A DNA stretch of 64,000 nt from positions 6,224 through 70,223 of the forward strand of contig CAZGJX010000002.1 in the NCBI GenBank assembly GCA_964525635.1. The letters run 5' to 3'. A program made the translations under genes and the position numbers. Below are positions 40,888 to 50,010 of this stretch, in pieces (within the stretch, counting starts at the first letter, position 1; each line of letters starts with the position of its first letter). Below the pieces are notes generated by a model. That model was not told the origin of the DNA, made no database searches, and saw nothing but the letters and a program-made list of their open reading frames with translations. This stretch comes from an uncultured archaeon. GTDB lineage: Archaea > Asgardarchaeota > Lokiarchaeia > Sigyniarchaeales > SOKP01.

Positions 40888-42126
40888 TTATTTGAAGAAA
40901 TTTTTGAATTTGTCGTTTCCTAAATTAACACGAATTTCTTTTCTTTTTTCTAAAGGTAAATTCTTTTTTAAAGCCTCATTACATATTTTTTTTCCGATAT
41001 TTACTTTTGGATTATTAGCCCAATTCACATCCAATAATAAACATAAATAATAAACACTAGATTGTATAAAAGCGATTAAATTTCCTATTCCTTTCGCATC
41101 AGGATTATCTATAGTAATTATACCTGAAGGTATTTCTTCTTCAATTAATGCTTGAAAAGTAGCATCTGCTTGATAATCTACTACGTTTTGTCCAGACTTT
41201 CCTTCAATATATTCAATAGAGGACTTAAGTTCTAGATCAGGATACTCATTATTAACTTTATAAAGTATTGGAATTATAGCTCCTTTAGTGCCTCCTAAAA
41301 TATATTCTAAAACAGAGTGTTGACATAATGGTGCTTCTTGATATGCTCCCATCAATCCTTTATCTTCTTTTCCAGAACTCTCTGAGATTTCTTGAACCAA
41401 CAATCCTACGCTTCCTTCTAGGTTTTTAGAATATGGCATAGAAAATACAACCTTATATTCTTTTTTGTATAAATTATACAAAAATGAAGCAAATTCTGTA
41501 CTTGCATTTCTATTCAAATCCATATATATATTATAACCTTCTTTTAATCCTTGTAGAAAGCTATTAATATTAATACCAGAAAGATATGCAGGAACAATTC
41601 CAACATTAGTAATTGAACCAGCAAATCTACCAGATAAATCAGGAACTTCTAAAATAGGGGCATTGATATTCTCTAATAATTCCTTCATAGTACCTCGTGA
41701 TGAAAGACCTAGAAATTGATATCCTTTTTCTAAAAAAATCCCAATTGTAGCATTAACATCAAGAGTTTCTCCACTTCGAGAAATTGGAATAACTATAGAA
41801 TCTTCTGAATTTGTTTCTTCTAAACATTTGAGCAATTCTATTGATCTTGAACTCGTTATAGGATAAAACTTCTTTTTAGATAAATGACATATGGATAACA
41901 TTGTCTGAATTGATCCACCAGTTCCAAGTACTATAATATTCTTTATTTCATCCTTTAAAAATGGATTTGACATTTTCTTAATTTTTTCAAAATCAAGATA
42001 CGAGTCAATATCGATGAAAAAAGGAGCATCCCATTTTTCTTTATTTTTCTTTATACCTTCAATATTATCATTAAATAATTCGTCATTTATTTTTGGATAA
42101 TATTCAAAGGTTAAACCTAAATTCAC
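40888..42126 (-). CDS. pgi: glucose-6-phosphate isomerase (archaeal short PGI, SIS fold)
   Basis: VLGTGGSIQT and ISRSGETLDVNA correspond to the GxGGS and SKSGxTxE motifs. 412 aa with a GTG start. Confidence 0.7.
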   Translation of the reverse strand: MNLGLTFEYYPKINDELFNDNIEGIKKNKEKWDAPFFIDIDSYLDFEKIKKMSNPFLKDEIKNIIVLGTGGSIQTMLSICHLSKKKFYPITSSRSIELLKCLEETNSEDSIVIPISRSGETLDVNATIGIFLEKGYQFLGLSSRGTMKELLENINAPILEVPDLSGRFAGSITNVGIVPAYLSGININSFLQGLKEGYNIYMDLNRNASTEFASFLYNLYKKEYKVVFSMPYSKNLEGSVGLLVQEISESSGKEDKGLMGAYQEAPLCQHSVLEYILGGTKGAIIPILYKVNNEYPDLELKSSIEYIEGKSGQNVVDYQADATFQALIEEEIPSGIITIDNPDAKGIGNLIAFIQSSVYYLCLLLDVNWANNPKVNIGKKICNEALKKNLPLEKRKEIRVNLGNDKFKNFFK

Positions 42127-42311
42127 ATTATCACCAAATTCCGTAAATGATTTTTTTATTATAATTATGAATCTTTCTTTAAAATTTTAAATTCTAAAAA
42201 GTATAATAAATTTCGGCTCTAATTTTTTAAATAATCTTGAATGAAAAATTAAATTTGATAAGAATCATTTATTAGTTTAAATATAAAGAATAATTAATTT
42301 TAACCTTTAAA

Positions 42312-42671
42312 ATGTCTGAAGATCAATTTCAACATTTATTGCATAATATTTTTGATAATATAGAAGGAGTCAGGTCCGCAGCAATAGTCTCACAAGAAGG
42401 TCTTGTTGTCCATTCCATTTTAGAAGAAGGTATTTCTGAAATAAAATTAGCCGCAATGACTGCTACAATTCTTTCTGTTGCTGAAAAAGTTCTTCATGAA
42501 CTTAAATCAGGAATTCTTGATGTTTGTATTGTACAAGGAGATGATGGGAATTTTTGTGTCATGGAAGCAGGACCAGAATTAATAATTGCTGTATGTTTAA
42601 ATATAGATGCTCGTATGGATACTTGCTTCATAGAAATGAGAAAAGTCTCAGAACAAATTAAAAATATATAA
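42312..42671 (+). CDS. Roadblock/LC7 (MglB-like) domain protein
   Basis: 119 aa. IEGVRSAAIVSQEGLVVHS...LAAMTATILSVAEKV...GDDGNFCVMEAGPELIIAVC is the classic Roadblock pattern. Confidence 0.85.
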   Translation: MSEDQFQHLLHNIFDNIEGVRSAAIVSQEGLVVHSILEEGISEIKLAAMTATILSVAEKVLHELKSGILDVCIVQGDDGNFCVMEAGPELIIAVCLNIDARMDTCFIEMRKVSEQIKNI

Positions 42672-42842
42672 ATATTGTTTTTTTATACAAACCACCTTTT
42701 ACTTCACTTATTTATTAATGAGTTATTAACTTTAAATAATTAAAAATCTGAAAACTTGAACTCTATTCTATTTAAAATAACTTACAATCATAATATAATT
42801 AAATAAAACTATAAAAAATACACCAAATATATGTGATATCTT

Positions 42843-44078
42843 TTGGCAAAAACAATGGAAGTTAGTAATAATGGAAGTATTGAAATGGGTGAACCATATT
42901 ATTGTAAAGAGTGTGGTAGAACTCATCAGAAAGGAAAGATTTATCAAGATCATTTTAAATATGCTCAAAATCAAGAAAATATAGAAGAAAATAATGAAAT
43001 CGAAGATTATAATGAAGATATAGAGTCCGAAGATATTGATGATATTGATGATATCGATTATGATCAGGATGAAATCCTTGATGATGATATTGATGAGGAA
43101 TATGTTGAAAATGAAATAGATGAAAGGACTTTAGATGATTGTATAGATGAAGTCAAAGGACTTCCTGGAGTAGGGGATGCAACTTTAAAAAAATTAATTA
43201 AAGCAGGTTTTACAAGCCTTGAATCTATTGCATACACACCCCCTTCAATAATTCAAGAAGATAGTGGTTTAGGAGAAAAAACTACTGCTACTCTCATTAA
43301 AGCTTCTATGAAAAAATTAAACATAGGATTTAAATCAGCTCAAGATTTATGGGAACATAGAAAAAATATTACGAGAATTTCTACAGGGAGTCAGGAATTA
43401 GATAATATTTTTGCAGGAGGAATCGAAACTGGATGTGTTATTGAATTCTTTGGAGAATTTAGAACAGGAAAAACCCAAATTATGCATCAATTATGCGTAA
43501 ATGTTCAATTACCTCTAGAAAAAGGAGGTCTTGAAGGAAGAGCACTCTATATAGACACAGAAGGTACCTTTAGACCCGAAAGAATTATCCAAATGGCTGA
43601 AGCACTTGATTTAGACTATGATACAGTTTTGAAAAATATAATTTTTGGCAGAGCTTATAATTCAGATCATCAAATCCTTCTTGCTAAAGAAGCAGCAAAT
43701 ATTATAAAAGAAAAAAATATTAAGTTAATAGTTGTTGATTCTTTAATTGGTCATTTTCGAAGTGAATATATTGGAAGAGGAACACTCGCCACTCGTCAGC
43801 AAACAATAAACCAACATTTACATGATTTACTAAGATTATGTGATATTTATCCCCAATTAGCTGTTGTTGTAACAAATCAAGTTCAAGCAAAACCAGATGT
43901 ATTTTATGGTAATCCCATACAAGCTGCTGGTGGTAATGTTATTGCTCATGGTTCAACTATAAGAGTTTATTTAAGAAAAGGTAAAGGAGAGCAGAGAGTA
44001 GCAAAAATGATTGATGCTCCTCATTTACCGGAAGGAGAAGCTGTTTTCAGTATAACTGAAAATGGTATTTCAGATTAA
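42843..44078 (+). CDS. radA: DNA repair and recombination protein RadA with about 95-aa zinc-finger + acidic N-terminal extension
   Basis: Hh[26 protein letters not shown], Walker [10 protein letters not shown], Walker B LIVVDSL. N-terminal [19 protein letters not shown] followed by a D/E-rich tract. TTG 42843 is preceded by GTGAT + 5 nt; the alternative start is ATG 42855. Confidence 0.92.
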   Translation: MAKTMEVSNNGSIEMGEPYYCKECGRTHQKGKIYQDHFKYAQNQENIEENNEIEDYNEDIESEDIDDIDDIDYDQDEILDDDIDEEYVENEIDERTLDDCIDEVKGLPGVGDATLKKLIKAGFTSLESIAYTPPSIIQEDSGLGEKTTATLIKASMKKLNIGFKSAQDLWEHRKNITRISTGSQELDNIFAGGIETGCVIEFFGEFRTGKTQIMHQLCVNVQLPLEKGGLEGRALYIDTEGTFRPERIIQMAEALDLDYDTVLKNIIFGRAYNSDHQILLAKEAANIIKEKNIKLIVVDSLIGHFRSEYIGRGTLATRQQTINQHLHDLLRLCDIYPQLAVVVTNQVQAKPDVFYGNPIQAAGGNVIAHGSTIRVYLRKGKGEQRVAKMIDAPHLPEGEAVFSITENGISD

Positions 44079-44205
44079 TAAATATCTTATTTTTAATTAT
44101 TATTTTTAAAATTCTAAATTAGTTAAAATATAGAATTTTTAATACAATTACTAGATGTTTTAGAATGGATATATAAAATTAAAAAAAATTAAAAATAAAA
44201 ATTAG

Positions 44206-47200
44206 TTATAAATTTTCAAATTTTTTAGATAAACCAATTAGTCTCTTAACTTCATCCTGCATTGAGTTGACACCTAATTTGAAGGCTTCAGATGCTTTAT
44301 TAGCAGCTTGTTTGAATTTTTCAGCAGCCATTTTATAATTCTTTTTCTTAAGTTCTTTCTGAGCCTGAGTTTCAAATTCTTTCTTACTTAGCATTGTATC
44401 ATCAATCTGGGTAAGACGTATAGCTTCTTGTAGTTCTCCAAGAGGTCTTTTTAAACCCCAATCATTAGCGATTATAGCAGCTTCCTCATAATATATAATT
44501 GCTTTTTTGTATGATAATACTTTTTTCTCTTTCCTTGCTTTAATAACGAGGATTTTAACCTGTTTTGAAGCCTCTTTGTTGGTTGTAACAACCTTCCCTG
44601 CAATTTTAGATTTTATTGGAGCCGATACAATCTCTTGCTTTTCTTGTAAACTTGCGAAATAAACTTCACGTTCTTGAGCACTCATTTGTGCCAATTGATC
44701 AATCATTGCCTGTGTTTCTTCACGAGGCAAAGTAACAAACTCACAGATCCTCTGTTCAATAAGCTGTTTTTCTTGTGGAGAAATAGCTTTACTTTCTAAA
44801 GCAGTAACGTCCCAAGGTATCAGTATTTTCTTTTCTCTTAGCTCTTTTATACCCATGAATATTTTTGAAATACCCTTCGTTGACTTTGTCATTGTCTTTT
44901 CAAGTAAGTTGGATATAAATATATAGTCTTTCCCTGTTTCTTTCGATATAGATTTAGCATTACCCAATATATCTTTTGAAGTAGTTATCCTTAAATCTTT
45001 GATAGCAGAGGAATCTAATTGAACTTGATGGGGAAGAATAATCGAGGTTTGGAAAATCTCATCTATCGAAGGGCCAGCATCTTTAAAAACATTCAACTGA
45101 CCTCTCCAGTTTGGTAAGGCAGCAGAATATCTTTGTTCAAAGAATTTAATGAATTCTCGAAGTTTACTTCTTAATAAAATAGATGCTTTTTTACTTAAGA
45201 CTAAAGAAACTCTGATATATTGACCATCAGCAAGTAGAAGCATCTTGTCTTCATAGCTTATTTCATTTAGTGCTTTTTGAGATTCTACTTCCTTTCCAAA
45301 TGATGAAACTGCTGATATAAATCCACTTATCAAATCGGGATCTATTTTTTCTGAACCATAAGATTTGAAGAATATGCAAGTACCGCTTCCCTTATATAAC
45401 ACTAAAATATGTTCTATATTTACAGCATCATCAAATACAGTCTTAACTTCGTCTAAAACACTATCTCTTCTTCTTTTCTGAGGAACTACTACTTTCTTAT
45501 AACCGACAATACCAATACTTGCCATTATTGCAGCCGCCAAGATTAATAATATATAAGGTATTAAATCTTCAAGATTTAATCCATCAGGTGGAGATTTTAC
45601 TCTTATATAAGGAACCTCATAACTTCCAGGTTCATGGTTATACGTCTCGGCGAAAGTAATTTGTATTGTCATATTTGCTGCTTGGTTGGGAATAATTATT
45701 TGAAACCAAACTACTCCATTACTATTGGTACTATTTTGAGGTATTGCTAAAGGTGTTGTTGTATTATCTTTATTTAGAAATAAGCCTGAAATACTTACTA
45801 GGGTACTTGTAAGAGGAAGCCATTGAGTACCATCATTATATTCACATAGTATTTTTAAATCAAATGAATTCCCTGCTGTCACTGAACTAGGAAATGATGT
45901 TGCATTGATTCTTACTTGATATTTTGCATAGATTGTGATATTAAAGGAAATCGAAAGTATATTATATGGCGCAAGACTAGCATTAATATCTATTCTGTAA
46001 AATCCAAGATCTAGTATAGAGGTTCCTATATTACCCGTATATTCATTTCCACTAGGATTTAATGATGAAGATAATGTATCTTCTTGTAATGATATCAAAT
46101 TAGTAGCATTAATAGTAAAAGTCACTGGTACCCCTTGAATAGCGATAAGATCGACATAATTATAACATGAAATATTTAAAGTTAATTGAAGATCACTCTC
46201 TTCAAAAAAAGTATAATTTCCAGAATCCCACAATCCTCCTTGAGTATTAACTGAAATAAAATTGATTTGGGTATCATCTCCTGCATAATAAAATTCAATA
46301 ACACTAGAGACACTCCAATTATAGTTTGGAGGATATGAGATATTTATATAGAAAGCATGCCAATCCAAGGTTAAACCAATAGTACTTATATTTAACTCGT
46401 AATCTCCATTTCCCAGTTCATAAAGCGACCAATTAAATATATCTCCGGTATACCATAAATCTTGGGTTGCATTATCAAATACTTGAATATTACTAGTTTT
46501 TAGACCTTCTATTCCTCTATCATTTAAAATATCATTGTAATAGAAAGTGACTGTTTGGTTCCATGTAGAACCTTCGGTAACTACATCATTAAATATTAAA
46601 TTTACAATTTGAGTTTGGGCGTGTATTACATTGATTGTAATGTTTATATATTGAGTTTCATTACCCTCAGAACTTATACTAAAATCGCATACATAGGGGG
46701 AACCTGAAACATCTACATCATTAGTATCTATTAAAATGGTATAATTTCCATTTCCATCATTTGACCAAGGATACACAGTAAATCCAGTGGGTATATCTTC
46801 AGATAGAATGCTAGCTGCTGTAATTGGATTACCATCTGTATCAGAATAATTGAAGGTATAGGTTGCATTTTGCCCTCTTATGATATCACCCAAGTTCGGA
46901 GTATTTGTTGGAGTTATTTGTGTAGTTATAATTTCATTAAACCAAAAGATAATAGTATCATTATTATAATTATCTTTCCATGCTTCAATTTCTATATAGT
47001 TATTTCCATAACTAAGAATTGTAGTATCAATTTCAATTTCATAAGTCCCATTATTATGATCCCACCAATTTAAAGGAGCTGGTGCATTTGATTCAATATT
47101 TCCGCCTAAAATAGGCTGATTTTGTCCAGTATCATTATAATATACAGATATATTAAAAATTTCTCCAAAAAAATATTCCAGACCTACCTGTGAATTAAGA

Positions 47201-48933
47201 ATTAAATTAGTTGTTGCGTTAATTGTTAAAACTCTTTCTTGAAATCCAATATCTGTTCCATTATTCCATAAAACTTGAGCTCGAAAATCACCATAATCTG
47301 TTGCATTTTCGCTGATATCCCAAGTAGTCATACTAAATGTTGTATCAGCACCTAAAATAGATACATCTTGTGTTTCATTATGATTCAAAATATTTCCTGC
47401 ATCATCAGGGCTATAAACTTCAAGTGTGATATTACCATTTGACATTGTTCTATCGAAGCTTACTTCAAAATCAACTGTCTCATTAAAATTAACTTCATAT
47501 GTCTCAATAGGCCCTAAAAAGATTTGAAAACTAGTCATAAGATTTTGAGATTGACTAGTTATGAACCAATTGGTACTATTCCCTGCATTAGTTATTTGAT
47601 ACTCTCTATACTCTCCTATCGCTGGACCTAATATTGTATCATCAGTAACATTAAGAATTGAATTAAAAGCTTGTTGATTACTCCAATGATGCGGTATTGT
47701 GAAATTAATCCAATAATTACCATAACCTGACTCTGAATCAAAACAATCAATATTTCCTAAGGTAATGATCCAATATACATTTGGATCTGTTTCACTACAA
47801 TTAAAATATGATGTTGCTTTTAGGTCTGAACGAGTATAATTTACTTGAATTTGGGTTACTTGACATGACACATCCCACCATTCAGCAGTTATTTCATAGG
47901 ATAATTGATTTGGTAAAATTGTATATTCTTGACTAAAAGTTACATTTCCTGATCCAGGACTAGAACCAAGTATTGGATTGTTATTAATTTCGAGCCCAAT
48001 TTGAGATGGTGTTGGTGTATTGCTCTCGGGAACCAAACCAACTCTCATTAGATAATCTATAGTATAAGAACTTCTAACAACTAAATCCCAATCTCCAGAA
48101 ATATATGTCAAACTAATTGTTTGATCTCCATCTCCAGTAATACCTCCATCTAATGTATTATACCATGCACAATCTCCTCCATAAGAGGCATCATCAAATA
48201 AACCTATAAACCATATCTTATCCATTGTCTTTGAGTTATCCAATTGAATATTTAATCCAGTAATTACATGCCATCCATCCCCAGTAGCATTTGATATATC
48301 TATAAGTTGTTGAAAATCATTGATACCCCCTCCAGGTTTATATGTTCCTAGTCCAGAATCATATGTAGCATTATATAAAACAACTCTAATTCTACCAGTC
48401 GCAAGTTGCTCTTCAATGAAAACAGATATATTATTGATATAACCATCCCCTTCTACCTCAAAAGAAGTTACTCTAGGAATTACTGTCGAAAAATCTCCAA
48501 CACTAAAATCTTGAGGATTATTCTCTTGTAGTATTAAATATTTATCAGGAGCATAAATATTATCAATATTTATCTGTGAAACTGTAGAATTAAAATTCTT
48601 TTCAAAAGGAGTATTTGTAGTAAATGTTCTTATTGCAGGATCAGATACATTTGTTATATCAAATAGAGGTGCACCAACTTCAATTTTTGATTGATGTAAG
48701 GTAGTATTTATATCTTGAGAATATCCATCATAATAACCAGAATATGCAGCTGATTTTAAAGTAAGGTCGTCCTCTATAGGTTCTATTTCATTATCATCAT
48801 CAACACTATTCATTCCACAAGGAAAGTTCAAAAAATTAGTAAATCCTACCGAAAACAAGAATGAAACAGTTAGAATCGCTAAAAGAATTATTCTATTTGT
48901 TTTTTTATTTTTAAATTGTAACATATTTATCAA
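44206..48933 (-). CDS. giant type-I surface protein: signal/anchor, about 1080-aa sequon-rich beta-rich ectodomain, one TM helix, 430-aa cytoplasmic tail with Roadblock/longin-like module and helical C-terminus
   Basis: 1575 aa. TM LIPYILLILAAAIMASIGIVGY (nt 45499-45564) is followed by KKVVVPQKRRR. The tail contains NIEHILVLYKGSGTCIFFKSYGSEKIDPDLISGFISAVSSFGKEV...MLLLADGQYIRVSLVL. My manual count gives about 42 N-x-S/T sequons before the TM and none after it. Confidence 0.8.
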   Translation of the reverse strand: MINMLQFKNKKTNRIILLAILTVSFLFSVGFTNFLNFPCGMNSVDDDNEIEPIEDDLTLKSAAYSGYYDGYSQDINTTLHQSKIEVGAPLFDITNVSDPAIRTFTTNTPFEKNFNSTVSQINIDNIYAPDKYLILQENNPQDFSVGDFSTVIPRVTSFEVEGDGYINNISVFIEEQLATGRIRVVLYNATYDSGLGTYKPGGGINDFQQLIDISNATGDGWHVITGLNIQLDNSKTMDKIWFIGLFDDASYGGDCAWYNTLDGGITGDGDQTISLTYISGDWDLVVRSSYTIDYLMRVGLVPESNTPTPSQIGLEINNNPILGSSPGSGNVTFSQEYTILPNQLSYEITAEWWDVSCQVTQIQVNYTRSDLKATSYFNCSETDPNVYWIITLGNIDCFDSESGYGNYWINFTIPHHWSNQQAFNSILNVTDDTILGPAIGEYREYQITNAGNSTNWFITSQSQNLMTSFQIFLGPIETYEVNFNETVDFEVSFDRTMSNGNITLEVYSPDDAGNILNHNETQDVSILGADTTFSMTTWDISENATDYGDFRAQVLWNNGTDIGFQERVLTINATTNLILNSQVGLEYFFGEIFNISVYYNDTGQNQPILGGNIESNAPAPLNWWDHNNGTYEIEIDTTILSYGNNYIEIEAWKDNYNNDTIIFWFNEIITTQITPTNTPNLGDIIRGQNATYTFNYSDTDGNPITAASILSEDIPTGFTVYPWSNDGNGNYTILIDTNDVDVSGSPYVCDFSISSEGNETQYINITINVIHAQTQIVNLIFNDVVTEGSTWNQTVTFYYNDILNDRGIEGLKTSNIQVFDNATQDLWYTGDIFNWSLYELGNGDYELNISTIGLTLDWHAFYINISYPPNYNWSVSSVIEFYYAGDDTQINFISVNTQGGLWDSGNYTFFEESDLQLTLNISCYNYVDLIAIQGVPVTFTINATNLISLQEDTLSSSLNPSGNEYTGNIGTSILDLGFYRIDINASLAPYNILSISFNITIYAKYQVRINATSFPSSVTAGNSFDLKILCEYNDGTQWLPLTSTLVSISGLFLNKDNTTTPLAIPQNSTNSNGVVWFQIIIPNQAANMTIQITFAETYNHEPGSYEVPYIRVKSPPDGLNLEDLIPYILLILAAAIMASIGIVGYKKVVVPQKRRRDSVLDEVKTVFDDAVNIEHILVLYKGSGTCIFFKSYGSEKIDPDLISGFISAVSSFGKEVESQKALNEISYEDKMLLLADGQYIRVSLVLSKKASILLRSKLREFIKFFEQRYSAALPNWRGQLNVFKDAGPSIDEIFQTSIILPHQVQLDSSAIKDLRITTSKDILGNAKSISKETGKDYIFISNLLEKTMTKSTKGISKIFMGIKELREKKILIPWDVTALESKAISPQEKQLIEQRICEFVTLPREETQAMIDQLAQMSAQEREVYFASLQEKQEIVSAPIKSKIAGKVVTTNKEASKQVKILVIKARKEKKVLSYKKAIIYYEEAAIIANDWGLKRPLGELQEAIRLTQIDDTMLSKKEFETQAQKELKKKNYKMAAEKFKQAANKASEAFKLGVNSMQDEVKRLIGLSKKFENL

Positions 48934-49185
48934 AATATGTATAATTTGCTTAATATATTATAACTAAAAAGTAGTTATTTTCTAAAATATATTTATTCTT
49001 TTTGTTATTTATTATTTGAGATTTTCTTAGACTTTTGTTCTAGGGATACACTTTAAAAATACGAAAAATTTAGTAATTATCTTAAAATGATCTTGAATTA
49101 TTTCAATTTTACCTAATTAATTATATAAATTTAATATATAAATTTAATTTGAAAATAGTAAGAATTATAAATTCTAACACATGTT

Positions 49186-49869
49186 TCAAGATTTTAATAT
49201 AATTCTAGCATCTACACATATAAGCTCTTTTTGATACACAAAAATAGGATTCAAATCAATTTCCTGAATGGATTTATATTGTAAAACGAATTCTGAAATT
49301 TTCATTAAAATATTAATAATTGCATCAATGTTTACTTTAGGTCTTCCTCGAAATCCTGTTAATAATGGAAATCCTTTAATCTCCGTTATCATCTCACGAC
49401 AATCATATTCGGTTACTGGAATAATTCGAAAACTAACATCATCTAAAAGTTCAACCAAAAGCCCTCCAATACCAAACATAAGGGCGGGTCCAAATTCAGG
49501 ATCAGTTGTCATACCAATGATAATTTCGGTAATCGGAGGCTCAGCCATCTTTTGTATGGATATTATCTTTTCTTTTTCAGAAGTTATATTCATAAGTTCA
49601 TTGAATGCATTTATTGCTTCTTCTTTATTCTTAATATTTAATTTAACAGCTCCCATTTCTGATTTATGGGCGATATCCTCAGTAATTAATTTCATAACAA
49701 TTGGATAACCTATTTCATTAGCAACAACAATGAGTTCTTCTTTGGTTGATACTAGTTTTTGATTAGGTATTGGGATACCTATTTCTTTTAATATCTCTTT
49801 AGAATCAAATTCATTGATAATTTCCTTTCCCGCTTGGATTTTATTCTTGAGAAACAAATTAATATCCAT
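49186..49869 (-). CDS. acdB: acetate--CoA ligase (ADP-forming) beta subunit (ATP-grasp)
   Basis: Collinear with P. furiosus ACS beta as I recall it: IGYPIVMKLITEDIAHKSEMGAVKLNIKN, GPALMFGIGGLLVELLDDVSFRI, EIDLNPIF. Confidence 0.85.
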   Translation of the reverse strand: MDINLFLKNKIQAGKEIINEFDSKEILKEIGIPIPNQKLVSTKEELIVVANEIGYPIVMKLITEDIAHKSEMGAVKLNIKNKEEAINAFNELMNITSEKEKIISIQKMAEPPITEIIIGMTTDPEFGPALMFGIGGLLVELLDDVSFRIIPVTEYDCREMITEIKGFPLLTGFRGRPKVNIDAIINILMKISEFVLQYKSIQEIDLNPIFVYQKELICVDARIILKS

Positions 49870-50010
49870 TTAAAATCATTTAATAATAAAGTAGAAGTGT
49901 TTACTAAACATTTCTGAATAGTTTATAGAATAATAACATGAATAAAAAATTAATCAAAACACTTTTAAAACCGAAATTAAATAACTCATATAAGAATTAA
50001 AATTTTCAAG

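Noticed and set aside
42768-42974. 68-aa minus-strand ORF overlapping the radA start
   Set aside because: It is a hydrophobic shadow ORF across the radA 5' end and promoter region, with no support.
49122-49147. Tandem duplication of the 13-mer TATATAAATTTAA
   Set aside because: It is short, purely A/T and lies in an AT-rich intergenic region. On the minus strand it contains TATA-box-like TTTATATA, but it sits about 190-215 nt from the giant gene's start, too far to call a promoter.
49268-49708. 146-aa plus-strand ORF
   Set aside because: It is antisense to the ACD beta subunit gene, which is collinear with known homologues.
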